Sequence record: ON287372.1 | Length of the DNA stretch: 64,000 nt | Strand: one strand, 5' to 3' | In this document: positions 26,557-34,062 of the stretch, piece after piece | Numbering within the stretch: the first letter of the stretch is position 1 | Layout: each line of letters starts with the position of its first letter | The notes under the pieces: generated by a model | Databases searched by the model: none | What the model was told of the DNA's origin: nothing | Seen by the model: the letters and a program-made list of their open reading frames with translations, nothing else | Program-made: the position numbers and the translations under genes

Positions 26557-26934
26557 TTACTCCTCGATTACGTTTACGCGCCAGGATTTAAGTGGCAGCT
26601 CAGTTGCCCACTCTACTTCGGAAGGAGTGGACGCAGTCATAATCCCAACCTGAACGACGGATGTAGTTGGGTAGAAAGCAACAGACAGAAGGCGAGAGTC
26701 AGTGCAGATGAATTCTGCATGCATGTAATTACCCAAGCGCTTGTCGGTTCCCTGGAATTTCTCTTGGAAACGGCAGATGACAGTTTCTTCTTTTCCTTTG
26801 GTAACCGTGGCGATGTTCTCAGCCAACAGGAAACGATAACCGTCTTCACCACGAACTTGAATAACGGTAGCATCGGCATTAGTACTACCGAGGATAGCGA
26901 AAACTGCGATAAAGATGATAGCCTTGATAGACAT
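26557..26934 (-). CDS. Secreted small protein, family A (125 aa)
   Basis: Signal ...NADA; C-x6-QGTD-x12-C. Confidence 0.85.
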   Translation of the reverse strand: MSIKAIIFIAVFAILGSTNADATVIQVRGEDGYRFLLAENIATVTKGKEETVICRFQEKFQGTDKRLGNYMHAEFICTDSRLLSVAFYPTTSVVQVGIMTASTPSEVEWATELPLKSWRVNVIEE

Positions 26935-26959
26935 GTGGAATACTCCCGTTTAGTGAATG

Positions 26960-26985
26960 AAAAATAAATGGGGACCGAAGTCCCC
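26960..26985 (-). terminator. Intrinsic terminator, UUCG loop
   Basis: ggggac-cgaa-gtcccc with a U-tract on minus. Confidence 0.7.
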
Positions 26986-26993
26986 TGGTGTTG

Positions 26994-27446
26994 TTAGCCG
27001 ATTTTACACTGAGGTATTTGACACCCAGGCATGGCGGAAGTGACATAATGGAGTGCATCGTTGTGATGCTTCCAAGGGGCTGTAAAGCCGTACCATGACG
27101 CGCATGCAACGATCAGAAGGTTACCAAGTACTTCGCCCTGGGCAATCTCACCAAATGCGATCACGCGGGTTCCTAGCTCGGTTTCCAGCTTAATGCACTC
27201 TGGCAGATCGAGGTAGGTGGTGAAGTCATATTCGTAAGCTACGACCACCGCAAACTTCTCATCTTTGATATTGAAATATTTGATGGTGTTACGGTCAGCC
27301 TTAGCCAGTTCGAATGCTTCACCAAACTCATTACCGAGAATGCCTTTAACAATAGCAGTCTGGAATGGAGAATCCGACAGGGCAATGAATGCGTGGCCTT
27401 TAACGTCTGACTTTACGAATTTCTTAAGATGTTGAATGGAGTTCAT
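26994..27446 (-). CDS. Hypothetical protein (150 aa)
   Basis: ORF track; AAGGA RBS. Confidence 0.8.
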   Translation of the reverse strand: MNSIQHLKKFVKSDVKGHAFIALSDSPFQTAIVKGILGNEFGEAFELAKADRNTIKYFNIKDEKFAVVVAYEYDFTTYLDLPECIKLETELGTRVIAFGEIAQGEVLGNLLIVACASWYGFTAPWKHHNDALHYVTSAMPGCQIPQCKIG

Positions 27447-27498
27447 GATTATTTCCTTATTAGAGAATGAGTATAAAGAGTGGATTGGATTTAGTTTT

Positions 27499-27801
27499 TT
27501 ATTTAACTTCGTAAACGTCGATGTAAGTTGGTTTATCGGTTACGGCATCAAACATTGCAACAGTTACGTTGTTGCCATCGATGGACTTACGGAGATACAA
27601 GTGATCACCGTTAGAACATTTGTAGCCTGAAGTTCTTTCTTTTACGAAGACGAACTTACAGGTCAGATTGTCTATGGATACGTAGTCACCTACTATGGTA
27701 ACAACTTCATTCTTATCAGACACTAGAACCATATCGGCACTAGCTTGAGCTGAGAAGAAAGAAGTAGCGATTAAAGCCAGGGAGATGATTAATTTTTTCA
27801 T
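27499..27801 (-). CDS. Secreted small protein, divergent/shortened family A-like (100 aa)
   Basis: Signal ...AQASA; Cys pair only 13 residues apart; own early promoter. Confidence 0.8.
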   Translation of the reverse strand: MKKLIISLALIATSFFSAQASADMVLVSDKNEVVTIVGDYVSIDNLTCKFVFVKERTSGYKCSNGDHLYLRKSIDGNNVTVAMFDAVTDKPTYIDVYEVK

Positions 27802-27856
27802 TATAGTTTCCTTTTTAAGTCGGTAGTTTTAGGGCTTTTCTATCAGCCTTCACCGC

Positions 27857-27896
27857 GGTTATATAGATGCCAAAAAAATTGGAAATGGATATAATA
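27857..27896 (-). repeat. 40-bp early-promoter cassette, copy 2 (CTATATAAC at 27858-27866)
   Basis: 39/40 identical to 3351-3390. Confidence 0.9.
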
Positions 27897-27899
27897 GCA

Positions 27900-27927
27900 C
27901 TCTTCTGGGGAATTAACCCCAGAAGAG
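27900..27927 (-). terminator. Terminator-like hairpin (AATTAA-loop family)
   Basis: ctcttctgggg-aattaa-ccccagaagag. Confidence 0.7.
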
Positions 27928-27938
27928 CAACTATGACG

Positions 27939-28208
27939 TTAGCGTTTAAATACAGTACGAAAATCGTTCTTGAACCCATGTACTGCAATAACTAACATCC
28001 CTTGCGGAATAAACAAGTAAGAGAAGAAGTTATTCACAGCCAACCCATGAAACTTATCGTAGGCCCAGATAAGAATAACGGGGAGGAACCGAGCTGCGAG
28101 AATATACGGGAAATATTCAAACGGAGCCGTCATCAACAAGACGACGTATAACGCAAACAGCAGACTCACGAACCAGCTAATGAGAATGCTTTTCTTACTG
28201 TTGGTCAT
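27939..28208 (-). CDS. Membrane protein (89 aa)
   Basis: ORF track; hydrophobic. Confidence 0.75.
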   Translation of the reverse strand: MTNSKKSILISWFVSLLFALYVVLLMTAPFEYFPYILAARFLPVILIWAYDKFHGLAVNNFFSYLFIPQGMLVIAVHGFKNDFRTVFKR

Positions 28209-28212
28209 TTAA

Positions 28213-28611
28213 CTACCCTAAAAGAGTTTCGGAAATGTTACCCAATGGATTTCGGTGTACTCGAACTTTACGACGTAACCCGGAACGAGCCTCGCCATAA
28301 TCCAGCGTCCCACGTACGATGAGCAGTGCAGGTCGCTTTTCTTTCTTCGCCTCGACCAAGAACTTATTCACCTTCATGGAATCCATCATGGCACGGAATG
28401 GATCAATTCCTTTTCGGGTAGTGCAATAGAACACCGACCGATATTGACCCTTGATATCTCTCCACGGATGACTCATTGCGAAAAGAATATCCTTTATGTC
28501 AGGAATCGGATAATACCCCATCAAAACCCTCAAGTTAACATCCTTGTCAACTTGAATAGCTTGGATGTTCTCTAGATCCATAAAGACTCTACTGGCGAAC
28601 ATCGAGCACAT
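28213..28611 (-). CDS. Hypothetical protein (up to 132 aa)
   Basis: ORF track; start uncertain. Confidence 0.7.
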   Translation of the reverse strand: MCSMFASRVFMDLENIQAIQVDKDVNLRVLMGYYPIPDIKDILFAMSHPWRDIKGQYRSVFYCTTRKGIDPFRAMMDSMKVNKFLVEAKKEKRPALLIVRGTLDYGEARSGLRRKVRVHRNPLGNISETLLG

Positions 28612-28957
28612 CCTTAGCAGACCAAATCCCTTCGTAGATTACCTTACCCTCTCGGTCTTTATAAACCAAGTCAAACTGATCAGGTTCGTAGAAGTAACTG
28701 AGGTCTACGTAAGTGGTCGAGGAACGAGGCAATGACCAGCACACGTACTTAAGCGTATAGAACCGCCCCATATCCTCATCTACGCCGTTTACTCGCGTAT
28801 CATAACCGCAACTACGGGAAATGTTTACCGTGCGAACATGAAGCGTAGAGCCCGTAAGAATCCCTTCGAACAAATACCCATCCTTGAACACCACTGGATC
28901 TTTAGCGAACGATCCGAATGATGTCAACATCAATAACGCAGCTAACCACTTAAACAT
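28589..28957 (-). CDS. Secreted small protein, family A (122 aa)
   Basis: Signal ...GSFA; C-x6-NGVD-x12-C; GGAGG RBS. Confidence 0.85.
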   Translation of the reverse strand: MFKWLAALLMLTSFGSFAKDPVVFKDGYLFEGILTGSTLHVRTVNISRSCGYDTRVNGVDEDMGRFYTLKYVCWSLPRSSTTYVDLSYFYEPDQFDLVYKDREGKVIYEGIWSAKDVLDVRQ

Positions 28958-28959
28958 GA

Positions 28960-29346
28960 TTAACCTCCTTTCATTTCCTCTGCTTTGAAGTAAGCCAGGA
29001 TGTGCGGGTGAATCTCTTTAACTGCAGCCAACATCCCGTTGACTTTATCGGAGATATTCAGATCACGGAAAGCATCGTAGTTCTCGTTACTGAGTTCTAC
29101 GGTGTTATCCATGGTTTTCAAAGCCCCAGCGTGAACCAGCTTCAGACCCACATTGCGGAAGATCTGATACTCCAACACCGGCCCAGTCAGTACCAGTACC
29201 CCAGAGAAATCTGGACTGCTACGTTCCATGACGTAAGATGGGTTGAAGCCGAATACGGCTGAGATCTGATACCCGTCTCCCAGTTGCTCACGGATACGCT
29301 TCTCAGACTTTTCACTTAACTTAACTTCGTTGATTTCATACTGCAT
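28960..29346 (-). CDS. Hypothetical protein (128 aa)
   Basis: ORF track 28960..29457; start trimmed to MQYEI, overlapping the upstream stop. Confidence 0.75.
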   Translation of the reverse strand: MQYEINEVKLSEKSEKRIREQLGDGYQISAVFGFNPSYVMERSSPDFSGVLVLTGPVLEYQIFRNVGLKLVHAGALKTMDNTVELSNENYDAFRDLNISDKVNGMLAAVKEIHPHILAYFKAEEMKGG

Positions 29347-29776
29347 CGTTTTCGTATCCCAGTGGCAGTTGCAGAGTAACTTTCCCTTTAGCCGTGTAAC
29401 CACGGTTCTTGGAGAATGTCGCGTTGAGGTAAGTGAAGCCTTTCTCTTCTTCATCAATGAAGCGAGAGAAGTGTATTACGGTCGCAGCATGCTGATGGAT
29501 AGCAGCAGTAACGAATCCGTTGGTGTTTTCTTCATTGAAGAAGTAAACTTTAGCTTCTCCACCAAATGCCAGCTCCTTAAGATCGTCTTCCGTCAACGTA
29601 CTCAGATAGCTACGAGAAGAGGCGATCTGTTCAGGTGGGATGAACTCCACCAAGTTAATAGTAGAACCAAACCATTCTTTCAGCTCGGCAAGTGAAACTG
29701 AACCGTCAGTGACGATAAAGGAGCGTGGGTCTTTCTTAATAAAACTTGCTACCATGTCAAACAGTGGGGAGAACAT
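29336..29776 (-). CDS. Hypothetical protein (146 aa)
   Basis: ORF track; coupled to the AAA gene. Confidence 0.75.
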   Translation of the reverse strand: MFSPLFDMVASFIKKDPRSFIVTDGSVSLAELKEWFGSTINLVEFIPPEQIASSRSYLSTLTEDDLKELAFGGEAKVYFFNEENTNGFVTAAIHQHAATVIHFSRFIDEEEKGFTYLNATFSKNRGYTAKGKVTLQLPLGYENDAV

Positions 29777-31035
29777 TACGCTACCTCTTTAATTTGGTTT
29801 GATTTGAAAGTGACCTTCTGACAGAGCTCGTTATAGAACCCTTCGAAGTCATCGGCGTTGTTTAACATAATCTGCTGCAGCGCCGCACCAGTGATGTCGT
29901 TAAACTCCTGGTCAGTAGGTAATTTACGACGGTAGTTTAACTCAGTAAAGAGTTCAATCTCTTTATGGGTCAGCGGCTTAATCTCAATGCAGAGATCGAC
30001 ACGACCTGGACGGATGAAGGTAGGATCCAACTCTTCGACGTGGTTAGACGTGATGAAGATGATTCGGTTATCCAGAGGCACTGGGCCATCTAATGCATTG
30101 AGCATTGACTTCATGTCGACCTGGTTGATAGGGGGCTTATCGTTAGAAGGATAGTTCCTAAGGTCGGTCGGGTTCTCCCCGAGTTTGTTTAACCCTTTAG
30201 TCATCGGCTTGGCGTTAATATCTTCGATAACCCCAATGCACCCTTCATAGGTGTTCCTCAGGTTCGCACCGATGTTGTACGGATCGCGGCGTGGGTCATG
30301 TACCATGATATCCATATTGAGGTACCCGGCCACCGCACGGATCAATGAAGTCTTACCTGTGCCAGGAACACCATGTAAGAGAATGACCAACTTGTAAGGA
30401 ATTCCACGATCGTAATACCATTGACGATTCTTCTTGAAATTATCAATAGTGGAAATGATCTTGGTTTTGGTTTCCTTATCAATAACCACTGTACTCAGAT
30501 CGCGACGAGGAATTTTCACCCCACGCCCAGCTCCCCATTCCATGATACCGGTGTGAGTTCCCCGATCAGGATCGGTGCTGATATCTTTGAAGAATTGATC
30601 GATCAACTTATGGTCACGGGTGTAGAAACGGAAAGACATGTCCATGGATCCGTCATTACGGCCGTTGCTCTGAACCATCCGTTTAGTGAAACTCACCGGC
30701 CGCCATTTGTAGAAGAACCAATGCGTCCCAACACCGGCAGTTCGCTTGGTGTCATTACCTAAAGCAGGTTGAACCGAACGCGCCAGCCTGGACCATTTAC
30801 TCTCTGCATACCACCGATCAAAGCTAAGGAACGTTTCGTAGTTGAAGACCGTCTCAAAGTTAATCTTAGTGGACAGGTGGTGTAGGAAGAAACCACCTAC
30901 GCGTTTAGGGATACCTTTGACTACTGCGGTAATGAACATCACGCCAGAACCACCGAACAACACGCTGAGTAACATGTTGTCCTTCGCCATGTGGTTGAAC
31001 TTTTCCAACACTGCCATGATAGAGTCAAGAATCAT
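29776..31035 (-). CDS. BCS1-like membrane-anchored AAA+ ATPase (419 aa)
   Basis: N-terminal TM; BCS1_N-like region; WYYDRGIPYK..LLHGVPGTGKTS (Walker A), VIEDI (Walker B), LNALDG, TSNH..LDPTFIRPGRVD. Confidence 0.9.
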   Translation of the reverse strand: MILDSIMAVLEKFNHMAKDNMLLSVLFGGSGVMFITAVVKGIPKRVGGFFLHHLSTKINFETVFNYETFLSFDRWYAESKWSRLARSVQPALGNDTKRTAGVGTHWFFYKWRPVSFTKRMVQSNGRNDGSMDMSFRFYTRDHKLIDQFFKDISTDPDRGTHTGIMEWGAGRGVKIPRRDLSTVVIDKETKTKIISTIDNFKKNRQWYYDRGIPYKLVILLHGVPGTGKTSLIRAVAGYLNMDIMVHDPRRDPYNIGANLRNTYEGCIGVIEDINAKPMTKGLNKLGENPTDLRNYPSNDKPPINQVDMKSMLNALDGPVPLDNRIIFITSNHVEELDPTFIRPGRVDLCIEIKPLTHKEIELFTELNYRRKLPTDQEFNDITGAALQQIMLNNADDFEGFYNELCQKVTFKSNQIKEVA

Positions 31036-31049
31036 TGTAGAGTTACCTA

Positions 31050-31547
31050 TTATAGTGCCGTGAAAGATTTAGCAAATTCTTCCAGAGGTCGGCTGAATGT
31101 TTCCCCAGTCGCAACAGAGCGATAGGTTACAGTGCGAACGTACTCAGGTTTGGCCGCTTCCATGTTACTGAAAGAGATGACCTTGTACAGGCCGCCTTTA
31201 TGGTGCTGGTAAAGGCAATCACGAGAAACGTCGCTTATGATTTCCAGGATTACCTTACTGGGCAGCTCCCCGCCGGTAGAAATGCAACTGAGTTCCCAGA
31301 TCTTCGAGATGTAGACAGTGAACGGGTGCAGTGAATTGATCGTAGCAACACTCAATACCCCGTTGCTGATAACGGTATCGCAGTTATCTGGGTACGTCAT
31401 GTAAGTCCCATCTGCCCATTCTACATAAGCGATCTTCACCTTACGACTTTTCAGTTTCTTGAACTTACTGTAGTCTGGGTGAGTCCCTATGTTCTGAATT
31501 GAGGCAGACGGATGAAACTCAACGAAGTAAGAATCATTTACTTGCAT
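31050..31547 (-). CDS. Protein with C-terminal DUF1653-like domain (165 aa)
   Basis: LYQHHKGGLYKV...VTYRS..TGETFSRPLEEF; start trimmed to MQVND. Confidence 0.75.
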   Translation of the reverse strand: MQVNDSYFVEFHPSASIQNIGTHPDYSKFKKLKSRKVKIAYVEWADGTYMTYPDNCDTVISNGVLSVATINSLHPFTVYISKIWELSCISTGGELPSKVILEIISDVSRDCLYQHHKGGLYKVISFSNMEAAKPEYVRTVTYRSVATGETFSRPLEEFAKSFTAL

Positions 31548-31992
31548 GGAAGTGAACTCCGGTGAATTCCAACTCAATCCATTCAGGCTGGTTGAAATGT
31601 ACATCACGCGCAAAACCGCAGGACAGCGACTCCAGGTTAATAGAGAACCGCAGACCTAAGTCGGTACGTTCACCCAGGGAGTCCAGGTGGAACGTAGAGA
31701 TGGCATCTTTCCGGAAGATAAATTCCGGTTTGGCATCACCCAGACGATATGGCGTGTTCCCAATTGCCCAGAGCGCATCGACGATTTTTATCTTACGGAG
31801 TTTCATCTCTTTGAGGATATCTACGTCGGGGTGTTCCCGCAAGTAACTGATACGCTCATGACGAGAGATGCGGATCCGGCGCGTAAGAAGAGAAGATGGC
31901 CCCGTTATCAGACGGAAGAATTCTTTGACCTCGCCGTAATTTACCTCGCCCATAGTACACAGAGTTTCTAAGTAGTCTTTGGTATTGTCCAT
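31534..31992 (-). CDS. Hypothetical protein (152 aa)
   Basis: ORF track; AAGGA RBS. Confidence 0.75.
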   Translation of the reverse strand: MDNTKDYLETLCTMGEVNYGEVKEFFRLITGPSSLLTRRIRISRHERISYLREHPDVDILKEMKLRKIKIVDALWAIGNTPYRLGDAKPEFIFRKDAISTFHLDSLGERTDLGLRFSINLESLSCGFARDVHFNQPEWIELEFTGVHFHASK

Positions 31993-32020
31993 GACATTTC
32001 CTTAACATCTAAAAAGTTAT

Positions 32021-32048
32021 AAATAGGTAGGGTCAAGTAACCCTACCT
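32021..32048 (-). terminator. Terminator-like hairpin
   Basis: aggtagggt-caagta-accctacct. Confidence 0.7.
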
Positions 32049-32059
32049 GCTATGTTGTT

Positions 32060-32515
32060 TTATTTCCAGATCATGTCAAAGGTGATGATCTGATGGAAAT
32101 CGCGATTGCTCGGTTGCAGGTGGAAGTTGTTCACCGTTTTCAACTTCGCTTTCTTCAGGATAACACGAGGAACGAACTTAAACGTTTGCTGCGTACCTGC
32201 CAGTGCTTTCAGGAAGGTTTTGTTAGTGCAACCTTCCACCGGGGAGATCAGCGCGTAGATACCATCAGGGGTACGACGGAAATCGTGCAGGTAAGCTACT
32301 GGGTTCTCTACAGTGTCGTAACCGTTGTTCGGCAGAGGAGAGTAAGAGTACGGTTCTGCCAGCTTAGAGGAGCCTGCATCAGGGTAAGGTAAACCGAATG
32401 CGCACTTAACATGGCCGCTGTTCAACAATACCTGATTAAAGGCAGTATAGCCCACTTTGTTAACCAGATCGGAAGAAGCGATGAAGACACGACGAGCAAT
32501 AGTTTTATCAGACAT
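32060..32515 (-). CDS. Hypothetical protein (151 aa), possibly distant paralogue of 20824..21276
   Basis: ORF track; VKCAFGLP...AYLHDF..TPDGIYA pattern. Confidence 0.75.
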   Translation of the reverse strand: MSDKTIARRVFIASSDLVNKVGYTAFNQVLLNSGHVKCAFGLPYPDAGSSKLAEPYSYSPLPNNGYDTVENPVAYLHDFRRTPDGIYALISPVEGCTNKTFLKALAGTQQTFKFVPRVILKKAKLKTVNNFHLQPSNRDFHQIITFDMIWK

Positions 32516-32525
32516 TTGACTTTCC

Positions 32526-32975
32526 TTAACCTTTAATTGATTGAATGATTTTACTAACTTTGTTTACTGACTCTACAAAGACAGCTTGGTTCATGACAAC
32601 AGCCAGGGCAGGATATTCAACCGCTGGCTCAAGGTACTGTGTAACGATAGGTTGATCGAGGAACTCGTAATAGGCCAAGGTGAGCTTATTTAACTCATCG
32701 TGACCGTTTACAACTACCATGGAACCGAAGTCCATCTGACCGGATTCGCGCACGTTAAAGTAGGAGAGGTTCTCCAGTAGATCAAAGGTGGAATACATCT
32801 CGCTGAGACGTACTGCCTTCAATGCCCCTTCGGAGATCACCTCACCGTCCTTATTGATAACCGGGATGAAGTTAACCATCGCCGCATCCTTACTGTTCAT
32901 CCAGGTATCAACAACCTGAACAATTTCCCCGGTTTCCTTTTCGCGTAACAGATCAAACTCAACTGGAACGTACAT
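32526..32975 (-). CDS. Hypothetical protein (149 aa)
   Basis: ORF track. Confidence 0.8.
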   Translation of the reverse strand: MYVPVEFDLLREKETGEIVQVVDTWMNSKDAAMVNFIPVINKDGEVISEGALKAVRLSEMYSTFDLLENLSYFNVRESGQMDFGSMVVVNGHDELNKLTLAYYEFLDQPIVTQYLEPAVEYPALAVVMNQAVFVESVNKVSKIIQSIKG

Positions 32976-32981
32976 GTTTTT

Positions 32982-33371
32982 CTACTCCGTAAGTAGTAAA
33001 TCTTTTTCTTTGACTTCGAGGTCGTCCTCAAAACCATCGAGACGCATTAAGCGGTGCTCGGCAGCTATCCCATTACCTGTAATGCCACCAACCGTAATTT
33101 CACCTTTAGCAAATACAGTCTTGTACCCGTCGGCTGTAAGTTTGGCAACCGCAATATCACCTAGAACCACCCAGCTTCTAACGCTGGGTTTGAAACCACC
33201 TGATGATTTAATCGCCTCCCCCGTGCAGATAGTTACCCCTTCCAAAGAATACATACTTTCCCCATCAGGAAGCAGTCCAACTACAGTCACCACCTTACCG
33301 ACTTCGCTACGACCTTCTTCCTTAGCCTGGGAAATTATAACTGCCATACAACCAGGTTCAATTGGTTTCAT
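32982..33371 (-). CDS. Hypothetical phage protein (129 aa)
   Basis: PIEPGCMAVII...GKVVTVVG pattern common in phage hypotheticals. Confidence 0.8.
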   Translation of the reverse strand: MKPIEPGCMAVIISQAKEEGRSEVGKVVTVVGLLPDGESMYSLEGVTICTGEAIKSSGGFKPSVRSWVVLGDIAVAKLTADGYKTVFAKGEITVGGITGNGIAAEHRLMRLDGFEDDLEVKEKDLLLTE

Positions 33372-33379
33372 AACCCTTC

Positions 33380-33934
33380 CTAATTACAGCAACAGTGCTT
33401 CTTTATCTGGGAATGACTTTCCCAGATGCGATATTCGACATCATCCATAGAGATACCAGTACCGCGATGAATAGATCCATCAAACCCTGAACGGATCAGT
33501 CTCGTGATAATATCTGGATCATCTAAGAATACGTAGGCAGGTAAAGCTACTTCCAGAAGAGAAGGATTTCTCCCAATGCACTCTAGAACGTAGTTACTGC
33601 TCAGCGTACCTTCCTTGATGAGATCTTGATAGTGACACGTCTCCTTGACGTACCTCTCATGAGTTAATATCAACTTATAAACTTCAACCTTACTCATAAT
33701 GCGAAGGAGTTGTTTGAACTCAATACCAGAGTAATCCTTATCGATTATGAAAGGATTATTAATCTCAATTGTTGCCGAATACACCGTAGGTCTATTGCCC
33801 TTCAGATCAGCGTTGTTCGGATTATGAGCGTAATACTCAGCGGTTGCTTTATTACCAGCAAACGTGATGGATGGGTGCACTGATTCAGCGATTGGGGCTT
33901 TGCGAACTAAACCGCGATATACCTTATACTCCAT
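33380..33934 (-). CDS. ADP-ribosyltransferase-like protein (ART-PolyVal-like, 184 aa)
   Basis: VYRG...F...AEYYA...VY...INNPF...GFDG...EY.IW...QIK; start trimmed to MEYKV; own early promoter. Confidence 0.65.
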   Translation of the reverse strand: MEYKVYRGLVRKAPIAESVHPSITFAGNKATAEYYAHNPNNADLKGNRPTVYSATIEINNPFIIDKDYSGIEFKQLLRIMSKVEVYKLILTHERYVKETCHYQDLIKEGTLSSNYVLECIGRNPSLLEVALPAYVFLDDPDIITRLIRSGFDGSIHRGTGISMDDVEYRIWESHSQIKKHCCCN

Positions 33935-33974
33935 AAAAGGTTTTCCTTTAATTAATAATTCTTTCTTCAATAAA

Positions 33975-33983
33975 GTAATATAG
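33975..33983 (-). promoter_or_regulatory. Putative early promoter CTATATTAC
   Basis: Exact match to the phiKZ early consensus TATATTAC. Confidence 0.7.
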
Positions 33984-34011
33984 GCGTCAAAAAAGTTTAG
34001 ATTCAAACAAA

Positions 34012-34055
34012 AAATAAAGCCGAGGAGGTAGAGCAAAAGCTCTACGCTCCAAGGC
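34012..34055 (-). terminator. Intrinsic terminator
   Basis: ggaggtagagc-aaaa-gctctacgctcc stem with flanking gcc/ggc and U-tract. Confidence 0.65.
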
Positions 34056-34062
34056 GTTTATG

